From the NCBI GenBank assembly GCA_964347045.1, contig CAYFXC010000004.1, positions 32,001-96,000 on the forward strand: DNA of 64,000 nucleotides. The letters run 5' to 3'. Position numbers and translations under genes: made by a program. Shown here piece after piece: positions 28,303-37,347 of this stretch (position 1 is its first letter; each line of letters opens with the position of its first letter). Below the pieces are notes generated by a model. The model was not told the DNA's origin. It did no database searches and saw only the letters and a list, made by a program, of their open reading frames with translations. The DNA is from an uncultured archaeon (GTDB lineage: Archaea > Asgardarchaeota > Hermodarchaeia > Hermodarchaeales > Hermodarchaeaceae).

Positions 28303-29691
28303 TTGTTGAATATTAAAACTAGAAAAGAAATGGATTCTCTTGGAGAACTTGAGGTTCCTGCTAGGGCACTTTATGGAATTCAAACACTTCGGGCGAAAAA
28401 TAATTTTCCTATCACCGAAGGCTCCCCCCATGCGGAGTTTATCATTGCATATGCACATGTGAAAAAAGCGGCAGCCCAAACGAACCTTGAGACTAAGAAA
28501 CTAGCGAAAGAAATCGCTGAACCTATTATTCAAGCAGCCACTGAAATCACTACTGGCCAACACCTTGAACAATTCATTATAGATAGACTCGCGAACATTA
28601 CCTCCTTTAACATGAACGCCAATGAAGTGATTGCTAACCGAGCGCTCGATCTACTCGGAAAACCCCGTGGAAAAAAAAGCATTATCCACCCAAATGATCA
28701 CGTCAATATGAGTCAAAGCACCAACGACACTTTCCCAACTGCCATGGCAATTGCCATTCTTCAAACATGGAAACCCCTCAAGGAGGTTTTGGAACTTCTT
28801 CGTGATACGTTTTGGCAAAAAGGGAAAACTTGGCAAGATTTGCTGAAATCGGGTCGAACTCATCTTCAAGATGCAACACCTATTAGTCTTGGAGCCGAAT
28901 TCCAAATGTATGGCACAGTAATCAACAAACAAATCAATGGACTTGAACAGGCTTTAGAAAATGTTCGACTGGTTCCTATTGGTGGAACTGCTGTTGGAAC
29001 GGGAGTTAATACTCCCCCTAACTATATCAAACATTTCCTTGCGTTTATCCAAAAAGACGGTATTCAATTATCAACTCCTAAAGACCTGCCCTATATTCAA
29101 GCATCACGTCACAATCTATCACGATTCTCTGGATCTCTTCGAGAATTAGCCCTCGAACTCATCAGAATCGCTAATGATCTCCGCCTCCTTTCATCAGGAC
29201 CAACTAGCGGAATTGGCGAAATTGAGCTTCCTGCTGTACAGCCTGGTAGTTCGATTATGCCAGGAAAAGTCAATCCAGTAATGGCAGAATCTCTCAATAT
29301 GCTAGCTTTTCGCATTCTTGGTAATGACACAATGGTCTCATACGCAGTTCAAGCCGGTCAACTCGAACTAAATGTGATGATGCCCTTAATGATAGATGCG
29401 ATTCTCGATTCCATGAAAATGCTCATCCGTTATATCCCTGTATTTACAAAAAATTGCATTAACGGAATCATTCCCAACGTGAAAGCAATAGAGGCTAACC
29501 TAGAAAAAAACGCCAGTTTGGTAACCCTCCTTTCTCCGATTATTGGGTATGATAAAGCTGCAGAGCTAGCTAAGGAAGCCCGAGCGAAAAACCAAGCCAT
29601 TCGAAAACTAGCAAAGGAAAAGAACCTTCTCTCAGATGAAGAACTAGATCACCTCTTCTCCTCGGCAAACAAAAACAGCCAAAAACCCTGA
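28303..29691 (+). CDS. Class II fumarase/aspartate ammonia-lyase family protein
   Basis: HPNDHVNMSQSTND, GRTHLQDA, GSSIMPGKVNP, GQLELN. Confidence 0.9.
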   Translation: MLNIKTRKEMDSLGELEVPARALYGIQTLRAKNNFPITEGSPHAEFIIAYAHVKKAAAQTNLETKKLAKEIAEPIIQAATEITTGQHLEQFIIDRLANITSFNMNANEVIANRALDLLGKPRGKKSIIHPNDHVNMSQSTNDTFPTAMAIAILQTWKPLKEVLELLRDTFWQKGKTWQDLLKSGRTHLQDATPISLGAEFQMYGTVINKQINGLEQALENVRLVPIGGTAVGTGVNTPPNYIKHFLAFIQKDGIQLSTPKDLPYIQASRHNLSRFSGSLRELALELIRIANDLRLLSSGPTSGIGEIELPAVQPGSSIMPGKVNPVMAESLNMLAFRILGNDTMVSYAVQAGQLELNVMMPLMIDAILDSMKMLIRYIPVFTKNCINGIIPNVKAIEANLEKNASLVTLLSPIIGYDKAAELAKEARAKNQAIRKLAKEKNLLSDEELDHLFSSANKNSQKP

Positions 29692-29721
29692 AATCAAAGA
29701 AAAGTATGTTGTGATTTTGAT

Positions 29722-30258
29722 ATGACGAATCTATGGCGGGAAATATCACCAGGTCCTAATCCACCCAAGCGTGTGCATGTAATTGTAGAAGTCCCCAAAG
29801 GCGAGACGAATAAATATGAATACAATCATGATTTGGGGTTTTTTCTGCTAGATCGTGTCTTGTATGGAGCTTTATATTTCCCAGCTGACTATGGAATCAT
29901 TCCACAGACATGGTACACTGACAACGATCCCTTAGATATTATGGTTTTAACATCAAAACCAACTTTTACTGGTTGCATCTTAGAAGCACGACCAATTGGT
30001 GTATTGACTATGGAAGATGAGAAAGGTGAAGATGATAAGATCATCGCGGTTCCAGTAAAAGATCCTCGGTTTGATGAACTCACGGATTGTTCTTTGATGG
30101 CAAAGCATCTTCGAGCAGAAATTGCCGATTTTTTCTTGAATTACAAGAATCTTGAACCTCGTAAATGGGTCAAAGTCAAAGAATGGAAAGACTCTCCAGA
30201 AGCAGAGAAATTAATTTCAATGGCCATTAAACTATATCAAGAACAGATTAGCGACTAG
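29722..30258 (+). CDS. ppa: Inorganic pyrophosphatase (family I)
   Basis: NKYEY, LDRVL, DNDPLD, DEKGEDDKI, YKNLE. Confidence 0.95.
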   Translation: MTNLWREISPGPNPPKRVHVIVEVPKGETNKYEYNHDLGFFLLDRVLYGALYFPADYGIIPQTWYTDNDPLDIMVLTSKPTFTGCILEARPIGVLTMEDEKGEDDKIIAVPVKDPRFDELTDCSLMAKHLRAEIADFFLNYKNLEPRKWVKVKEWKDSPEAEKLISMAIKLYQEQISD

Positions 30259-30856
30259 CAAATTTTGCAGAAGCATTTTTCCGTTTTCGGCGAGTGAAAA
30301 ACAATCTAATGCTGGGAATTAGGAAAGGGGTTTTTCTCTTGTACTCAAGATATTTTTCTCCAAACCGACGTTTTAAGTTAGGTTCCTCACGTTTTTTAAT
30401 AATAATGAGTTGAACACCTAATACTATTAGAGGTATGAATAAAGCCATTCCAAGAGATCTAAAAAGTAAGCCCATACCCAACGGAAGCAGTGTGTATCCA
30501 AAGGTTATGGGGTTTCGCGTATACGCAAAGATGCCTGTAGTAATGAGAACCGTTGACTGAGATTGATCTTCAGCTTCACCCCATGGCAACCCTTTCCCAA
30601 TATCCCGTAGCTGTCGAGTAGCTTTGATACCAATTGTGGCACCGCCTACCATAATAGAGATGCCAGAAATGATATTGTATGGGAATGGAGGAAAACTGGG
30701 GAGTAGCAATAAAGCATCAAGCCACGACCCCAAAAGGAAAGTTCCAACAGGTACCAAGAGAAAGATTAGCAAGTATGGGATAAAATAGCGTAACCGAAGT
30801 ACGGGTTTAGTGGTTGAAGCTGTACTAGTTTGAGTATCCGATATCATTGTATCCAT
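30248..30856 (-). CDS. PEMT/isoprenylcysteine carboxyl methyltransferase family membrane protein
   Basis: LITTGIFAYTRNP, EEPNLKRRFGEKYLEYKRKTP. Confidence 0.85.
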   Translation of the reverse strand: MDTMISDTQTSTASTTKPVLRLRYFIPYLLIFLLVPVGTFLLGSWLDALLLLPSFPPFPYNIISGISIMVGGATIGIKATRQLRDIGKGLPWGEAEDQSQSTVLITTGIFAYTRNPITFGYTLLPLGMGLLFRSLGMALFIPLIVLGVQLIIIKKREEPNLKRRFGEKYLEYKRKTPFLIPSIRLFFTRRKRKNASAKFASR

Positions 30857-30863
30857 CCAGAAA

Positions 30864-30940
30864 TGGCGGGCCCGCAGGGATTCGAACCCTGGTTCTTCGG
30901 CTTAGAGGGCCGATGCCTTATCCAGCTTGGCCACGGGCCC
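30864..30940 (-). tRNA. tRNA-Arg(UCU) with encoded CCA; anticodon loop has C at position 33
   Basis: Acceptor GGGCCCG/CGGGCCC-G-CCA, D arm GCC..GGC, anticodon stem TCGGC/GCCGA with loop CCTCTAA, T arm CAGGG-TTCGAAT-CCCTG. Confidence 0.92.
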
Positions 30941-31049
30941 GGATTTTAGGAAATAAGGAATTCGGGATATTCGATGAAGATAGCAGTAAGAGCTGGATAT
31001 ATTTTTATCTATACATCGTGTGGTGAGAGTAGAATGGCGGGTGTTATCG

Positions 31050-31265
31050 ATGGACATAGATCATAGTTCCATAGAGGACGCATTACCTAGTAGCGTTACA
31101 GAGATTCAAATCACTGAATCCAAGACTGTTCGGGCACTTTTAAAGGAATTGGGCTTACTTTACCGACACTATGTGGTCTTGGTAGATGGAAAGCGCGCCC
31201 ATTTAGCAGATGAAATCAAAGAAGGGCAACGTGTTATTGTTCTTCCAATCATTGCAGGGGGGTAA
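31050..31265 (+). CDS. ThiS/MoaD/SAMP ubiquitin-like sulfur carrier
   Basis: Beta-grasp pattern TVRALLKELG..VVLVDG..VIVLPIIAGG with C-terminal GG; ATG 31050 after GGGTG. Confidence 0.85.
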   Translation: MDIDHSSIEDALPSSVTEIQITESKTVRALLKELGLLYRHYVVLVDGKRAHLADEIKEGQRVIVLPIIAGG

Positions 31266-31271
31266 ATTCAC

Positions 31272-32159
31272 CTACCTAAATTCAATTTTTTCTTCTGTGG
31301 GCAAAAAGACGGGAATTTTACTATTAAATTCTTTTTTGAGTTCTTCTATTGCTTTAACATAATTGTTTTTAGAAACCCGTGTAGTTAAGTGTGTGAGAAG
31401 AACCCGTTTCACTTGCCCATGGTGAAAAACCTCGAAGGCTTGTCGTAATGTTAAATGAGGAGCTTCCTTGGCCGGAATCCATTGCGGATGAATCCACGAA
31501 GCATCAATAATCAATAGATCGGCTTCACGAACTTCATCTTCAAGGTGTGGTGCTGGACCTGTATCACCGGTGTAGACAATAGTACGACTTCGCGATGGCA
31601 ACAAGTATTCATGTGATCGAATAGTTTTGGAGCGGAGCCGAACTGATTTTTCCTGAGCTAGATCACTCCATTTTTTCTTTGGAATCCCATCGGCTTCGAG
31701 CTTTGCAGTGTTTAATCGTCGCTTAGGGGATTCCGATATCGTAAATCCACAACTAGGACTAGGATGGTTAACTTCAAATGCCCGAATTGTCAATTTCCCA
31801 ATTTTCACTGGTTTTTTTCCAGAGGGAAGTGGATGAAGCTTAATAAAGCCGGGTTCTCCCGAGATTTGGTACATTTGTTGAACTGTTGGGCCAATTTCTT
31901 GAGGAAATACTAAAAGAAGTTCATGGTTCCAATCACGCTGATTCAGGAACCAAAGTAGTGGTGGTAGACCCCATAGATGGTCGAGATGCGCATGGGAGAG
32001 CAAAATCGCGGATAGGCCACGAAGGCGTAATCCTCGTCGCCATATTTCAGTGATCGTGCCTGGACCACAATCGAGAAGTAATCGGACCCCTTCCCAATGA
32101 ACCATCGTAGAAGTCGAAAGCGAACCAACACCGTGAAGGGGAAAAATCGAAATCATCAT
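31272..32159 (-). CDS. rnz: Ribonuclease Z-like metallo-beta-lactamase
   Basis: LLDCG, SHAHLDH, VNH, exosite-like insert, YTGDT, LTH. Confidence 0.75.
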   Translation of the reverse strand: MMISIFPLHGVGSLSTSTMVHWEGVRLLLDCGPGTITEIWRRGLRLRGLSAILLSHAHLDHLWGLPPLLWFLNQRDWNHELLLVFPQEIGPTVQQMYQISGEPGFIKLHPLPSGKKPVKIGKLTIRAFEVNHPSPSCGFTISESPKRRLNTAKLEADGIPKKKWSDLAQEKSVRLRSKTIRSHEYLLPSRSRTIVYTGDTGPAPHLEDEVREADLLIIDASWIHPQWIPAKEAPHLTLRQAFEVFHHGQVKRVLLTHLTTRVSKNNYVKAIEELKKEFNSKIPVFLPTEEKIEFR

Positions 32160-32280
32160 TGATAATCTATATTAGATGAAATGTTATTAAGAAATGCTCC
32201 TACCAGAAAATCTTTTAAAAACCTTTGAACATTCGGGTTCACTCCTATAACACGTTTCAATAGTACGATGGTGTATAATT

Positions 32281-33657
32281 GTGAAAAAAAAGACGACGTT
32301 GATTTCTTTCCTGTTCATACTCTGCATACTTCTTATCAATCCTATTCTTGCCCCTGCAATCAGTATGCAGATGAATAGATTAGGAATGAGCACTCCATTG
32401 ATATCTAAGACTCCACCAGTTCCACAAACAACTCCTGATTGGATTGATGTTAACCTTGATGCGGAATACACTTTTGATAATGATTCAGTAACAATCCAAT
32501 GGACTGGTCGACCTCGCACAAGCCTCCAATCCCCCTTTAATCCGCTATATAATTGGACACGCGCAGGATATATTGACGGAGGAATGGGATATGGGAACCC
32601 AGGAAATGCAACCATCTATGCGGTTGCCTGGGATAATACGACCACCTCCGCTGAAGTTACAGATTTTCTAAACTACACCATGGTAAACTATGTTCGCTAT
32701 GCCAGTTACCCCTCATTGAACATCTTCAACTTCACAGAATATGAAAACCAAACTACCTGGCTGTTTAACGATGCCATCGCCTCACACCAAGAATTCTTAA
32801 ACAACACCTTTTACCTTGTCAACAATGCCACAGCCTATTTGATGGATGGATTCAACATCACAGGGATAATCCCAGAATTAACTAGATACCATATACATCT
32901 CGAATGGTTTGAAAGCGACCCCACTGCTGATATTAGCTTCACTTATACCATGGCAAATGTTATCGAAAATCAAGATAACACGTATATGCTACGTCTTGGA
33001 CGAGCCATGGGTCTTAATACACCATTGAACCTCACGGGAGAAGGTCGGGTAACCATTCGTGGTCCTTTTGACCGCGTTTACCTTGAAGGTTCACCTGATT
33101 GGGCGTTTGAAGGAATCATATTTCCATATTACCCGGTTGGCGAAGAAGAATACTTGTTCACTGAATCTGCCCAGAATTTTGATTATTTCATATCTTTCCA
33201 AGAGGGATCATCCGTTCTTGCTATTACTCGCGAATTCAGCACGAACGTACTTAACCGCGGAGAATTACTTTTCATAACAATTACAGTTGTAAACACCGGA
33301 AACACCTATTTCTCGACAGTAGCAGTTCGTGATGTAATTGCCATCGAAACGGGTATTTTCGAACTAGTAAGCGGAGTAGCTTCTATTACCGTGAATGATC
33401 TACAACCAGCAGAAAACATTACCCTACAGTATACAGTAATGGCTCTCGCTTCTGGAATTTACGATTATCCGGCAGTCCAAGTAGTAGGTATTGATGCATT
33501 CTTTAGCCAAAAAACATTCCTTGGTTCAACTGAGTCAATAACCTTAGGTAGTGGTTTAACACCGGATGAGTTAACCCTTTTTGGAATTGCGGTGACCCTT
33601 TTCATTATAATCATCATACTTCTAATCCTATACCGCTTCCGTCGACGCATCTTCTAA
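32281..33657 (+). CDS. Secreted type-I membrane protein with C-terminal TRAP-beta-like Ig domain
   Basis: Signal peptide; ITVVNTG...FELVSG...LQPAENITLQYTV...GIYDYPA; C-terminal TM followed by RFRRR. Confidence 0.7.
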   Translation: MKKKTTLISFLFILCILLINPILAPAISMQMNRLGMSTPLISKTPPVPQTTPDWIDVNLDAEYTFDNDSVTIQWTGRPRTSLQSPFNPLYNWTRAGYIDGGMGYGNPGNATIYAVAWDNTTTSAEVTDFLNYTMVNYVRYASYPSLNIFNFTEYENQTTWLFNDAIASHQEFLNNTFYLVNNATAYLMDGFNITGIIPELTRYHIHLEWFESDPTADISFTYTMANVIENQDNTYMLRLGRAMGLNTPLNLTGEGRVTIRGPFDRVYLEGSPDWAFEGIIFPYYPVGEEEYLFTESAQNFDYFISFQEGSSVLAITREFSTNVLNRGELLFITITVVNTGNTYFSTVAVRDVIAIETGIFELVSGVASITVNDLQPAENITLQYTVMALASGIYDYPAVQVVGIDAFFSQKTFLGSTESITLGSGLTPDELTLFGIAVTLFIIIIILLILYRFRRRIF

Positions 33658-33780
33658 TCACCCTCTAAACTGAACAATCACTAAATCTTATCTTGAAACC
33701 CTCTAGTTAGTACTTTAGGCGTGGTTGGGCAAAGTCCTAAAAGCCCTAAGCCCTAACATCCCTACAGGCGGTCGTTTGAA

Positions 33781-35136
33781 ATGTCAAATGAAGAGCCCGC
33801 AGGTTATTTAGGTAATGCGCAGCAAGCCCTTAACAAAGCAAAGATCCAAGTTGGTGACCTAATCGTCATCCAAACAATAGATAATACCTTTGAAGGTATT
33901 GTTATTCCTCGCGCTGAAATCGGAGCGGATGATCAACATATCATCCTCAAACTTGATTCAGGATACAATATAGGTATTCACGTCGACAATATTCAACATC
34001 TCAAGCGACTAAAAGCAGGGAAGAAAGTTCAACCCGAACTTCCTTCCATAGCTCGAAAAACAAAGAAAGGTCTACCCTGGGTTAGTATTCTAAGCACCGG
34101 AGGAACTATTGCTAGCAGAGTTGATTACCATACAGGTGCAGTATATCCTGCATTATCTGTGGATGACTTATATACTGTTGTCCCTGAACTGGGAAACTTA
34201 GCGAACATCCGAGCAGAAGTCCTTTTCAGCATATTTAGTGAAAACTTGCAACCTAGCCACTGGACCACAATTGCTAAACAGACGGCAAAGCACCTTGATA
34301 ATTCAGAAGGTGTTGTTATTGCTCATGGAACCGATACAATGGGATATACTGCAGCGGCATTGAGTTTTGCACTCCAAAACCTCCCACGCCCTGTGATTCT
34401 CACCGGTTCTCAACGTTCATCCGATCGACCCTCATCCGATGCCGCACTGAATTTAACTGGTGCTGTTATTGCAGCTTGTCAAGCTCCTTTCGCTGAAGTA
34501 GTTATTGCCATGCACAAATCGCCCAATGACACCGCCATCGCCCTTCACCCCGGAACTCAAGTTCGAAAATGCCATACCAGTCGTCGTGATGCATTCTTGA
34601 CAATAAATTCTGATCTGCTAGGAGAAGTCAAAGATGGGAAAGTGTACATGCTTGTCGATCAGTCTGCTTTTCAACATCGCGACTCGAAGAAGGTCCTAAG
34701 ATTACAACCTGAATTTGATTCGAAAGTTGGTCTTGTAAAAACTACTCCAGGAATGACAGTAGACCTAATAAATTCGCTTATCGATCACAACTACCACGGA
34801 ATTGTGCTTGAGGGCACAGGATTGGGTCATGCCCCGAAATCCCTATTTGAGGTCATTGATCGAGCCCGAGAGGAGCAAATACCGATTGTTATGTCATCAC
34901 AGTGTATTTGGGGACGCGTTCAGATGCGCGTTTACCGCACTGGAGTAGAATTAGTTCAACGTGGAGTTATTCCCGTAGAGGATATGATTGCTGAGACAGC
35001 CTATGTGAAGCTGATGTGGGTACTTGCACAGACTCAAGATTTGTTTGAGGTTCGTTCACGCATACAAGAAAATTTTGTTGGAGAAATGACGAATTGTTCT
35101 AAACGCAGTCAATTCGAAGGGATGAACGATCAATGA
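33781..35136 (+). CDS. gatD: Glu-tRNA(Gln) amidotransferase subunit D
   Basis: KLDSGYNIG, STGGTIASRVDY, HGTDT, GSQRSSDRPSSD, HTSRRDAF. Confidence 0.96.
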   Translation: MSNEEPAGYLGNAQQALNKAKIQVGDLIVIQTIDNTFEGIVIPRAEIGADDQHIILKLDSGYNIGIHVDNIQHLKRLKAGKKVQPELPSIARKTKKGLPWVSILSTGGTIASRVDYHTGAVYPALSVDDLYTVVPELGNLANIRAEVLFSIFSENLQPSHWTTIAKQTAKHLDNSEGVVIAHGTDTMGYTAAALSFALQNLPRPVILTGSQRSSDRPSSDAALNLTGAVIAACQAPFAEVVIAMHKSPNDTAIALHPGTQVRKCHTSRRDAFLTINSDLLGEVKDGKVYMLVDQSAFQHRDSKKVLRLQPEFDSKVGLVKTTPGMTVDLINSLIDHNYHGIVLEGTGLGHAPKSLFEVIDRAREEQIPIVMSSQCIWGRVQMRVYRTGVELVQRGVIPVEDMIAETAYVKLMWVLAQTQDLFEVRSRIQENFVGEMTNCSKRSQFEGMNDQ

Positions 35137-37040
35137 CAAAAATCGATTATGCAAAAGTCGGAGCGCTCATTGGTATTGAGGTCCATCAACAATTAGATAC
35201 AAAGACGAAGTTATTTTGTAACTGTCCCACCGAAATCCGAGAAGATGACCCACATTTTACGTTTATCCGACGATTACGACCCACTCAAAGCGAACTCGGA
35301 GAGGTGGATCCTGCAGCACTCTTCGAGTTTCAAAGAGGTCGTGTTCATATTTACGAGAACTATGATGATAGCATCTGTTTAGTTGAACAGGATGAAGAAC
35401 CACCTCATCTCCTTGATAAGGAAGCTGTGGATTTTGCACTCGAAATTTCTTTACTGATGAATGCTCAACCCGTCGATGAGATCCAGGTTATGCGAAAGCT
35501 AGTAATTGATGGATCCAATACAACAGGATTTCAGCGAAGTGTCGTTATAGCATTTGGAGGGTCAATTGATGTTAATGGATTTGCGGTGCCAATTCAAACC
35601 ATTGGAGTCGAAGAAGATGCTGCCCGGAAAATCCGAGAAGAGGGAACCCAAACGTACTGGCGTCTAGACCGACTTGGGATTCCACTTATAGAAGTAGCAA
35701 CTGCACCTGTTATGAAGACTCCAGAACAGGTTCAAGCCACAGCGCTCCGCATAGGACAAATCTTCCGAGTTACAGGAAAAGTAAAACGAGGGCTAGGAAC
35801 TATTCGCCAAGACATCAATGTTTCAGTGAAGGGGGGTGCCATAATTGAAATCAAAGGAGTCCAAAAACTTAACCTGATAGGACAAGTTGTCCAATTTGAA
35901 GTTCAACGTCAGGTCGAACTCCTCAACCTCCGAGAAGAACTAAAGGAGCGAGGTGTTCGTATCGGACACATCAAACAAACTATTCACAATGTCACTCCGC
36001 TCTTTCTAAAAAGTGAAAACAAAGTCATCAAAACCGCCTTGAAACGTGAGGAAGGAGTATATGCCCTAATTCTTCCTGGCTTTGCCGGATTGGTGGGTAA
36101 AGAGATTCAACCAGGACGCCGATTGGGTAGTGAATTCGCAGATTATGCCAAGTTCTGGGGGGGCGTTCAAGGACTATTTCACACTGATGAACTTCCCAAT
36201 TATGGTATTACAGCTAGTGAAGTAAGTAAATTGCGAACTCATTTGAAAGCAAAAGATAAGGATGCTGTAATCATTGTTGCTGCATCGAAATCCGCTTCCA
36301 CCGATGCACTTAAGGCAGTGGCCAAACGTGCACAACAAACCTTGAAAGGTGTTCCAACTGAAACCCGGGGACCATTAGCAGACGGAACTACTCGATACTC
36401 TCGTCCCCGACCAGGTGCCGCCCGAATGTACCCTGAAACAGATGTGGCACCTGTACCAGTAACTTCAAAGCGGCTTGAAAGAATTCGCCATGGATTACCT
36501 GAGTTGCCTGAAGAAAAATTACTGAAATTCCGTGATCAGTACCACCTTAGTGAAGAATTAGCAGAAATAATGATCCGATCTCTTCGCATTGACTTGTTTG
36601 AATACATCATAAAAAAACACCCCACATTGGCAGTAATAGCAGCGTCCACGCTAGAATCGACATGGCGAAACCTAGAGCGCGAAGGGATCAACGTAGATGA
36701 TATTCCAGAAGAGCAGATTCTCCTTCTCTTTGACCGATTAAACGAAGAGAAATTTGCGAAGGAGGCAATTGAAGACCTTTTATTATGGCTCACTAAGCAT
36801 CCCAAAGGAACCATTGACGATGCCATCAAAGATCTGGAGTTAGGCGTCATTGCTAAGGAGGAACTCAAAGCGATTATTGACCAAATCGTACGAGCAAACT
36901 CGGCAATGGTCTCAGAGAGAGGACAACGAGCTATCGGTCCATTAATGGGAATGGTGATGAAGGAAGTTAGAGGACGCGCTGACGGAAAGCTTGTAAACGA
37001 ACTTCTTCAAAATGCTGTACAAGCGCAGCTGAATTCCTAA
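35133..37040 (+). CDS. gatE: Glu-tRNA(Gln) amidotransferase subunit E
   Basis: GIEVHQQL, DGSNTTGFQR, EEDAAR, RGLGTIRQD, RMYPETD; start overlaps the gatD stop (ATGA). Confidence 0.96.
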   Translation: MTKIDYAKVGALIGIEVHQQLDTKTKLFCNCPTEIREDDPHFTFIRRLRPTQSELGEVDPAALFEFQRGRVHIYENYDDSICLVEQDEEPPHLLDKEAVDFALEISLLMNAQPVDEIQVMRKLVIDGSNTTGFQRSVVIAFGGSIDVNGFAVPIQTIGVEEDAARKIREEGTQTYWRLDRLGIPLIEVATAPVMKTPEQVQATALRIGQIFRVTGKVKRGLGTIRQDINVSVKGGAIIEIKGVQKLNLIGQVVQFEVQRQVELLNLREELKERGVRIGHIKQTIHNVTPLFLKSENKVIKTALKREEGVYALILPGFAGLVGKEIQPGRRLGSEFADYAKFWGGVQGLFHTDELPNYGITASEVSKLRTHLKAKDKDAVIIVAASKSASTDALKAVAKRAQQTLKGVPTETRGPLADGTTRYSRPRPGAARMYPETDVAPVPVTSKRLERIRHGLPELPEEKLLKFRDQYHLSEELAEIMIRSLRIDLFEYIIKKHPTLAVIAASTLESTWRNLEREGINVDDIPEEQILLLFDRLNEEKFAKEAIEDLLLWLTKHPKGTIDDAIKDLELGVIAKEELKAIIDQIVRANSAMVSERGQRAIGPLMGMVMKEVRGRADGKLVNELLQNAVQAQLNS

Positions 37041-37175
37041 ATGAGAATAAGAAATCTCAAGGTCTTGATTAAATATCGCAGCAAGAGCGCCAAGAACAAT
37101 TGTGACTATAGTTAAGGTACCATCAAACGCCCCAATTACGTTATATCGGCGAGTAAGCGAACCCAGATCAGTCAT
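37040..37175 (-). pseudogene. N-terminal fragment of a VIT1/CCC1-family membrane protein
   Basis: RRYNVIGAFDGTLTIVTIVLG resembles the archaeal VIT1 first TM; similarity is lost after about 35 aa, where the frame runs into gatE. Confidence 0.5.
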
Positions 37176-37347
37176 TCGCCAGTATTCCTTCCGACATTTA
37201 ATTCGTCCCATTGAGTTTGCCATAATTGTCAACTTAACCTGTCATCTAATAACGAATACAGGAAATCAATTATATTGAAAATGTCCTGAACCTGAAAAGG
37301 ACTCACACTATTGCCCAATGATCGATGAAACTGGTTTGGGAGAGTAG

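Noticed and set aside
30864-30940. Pyrrolysine or dedicated amber-suppressor tRNA (CUA is present in the loop)
   Set aside because: Stem register places UCU at 34-36; the body is a normal Arg-type tRNA; no pyl genes; several genes here end normally at TAG
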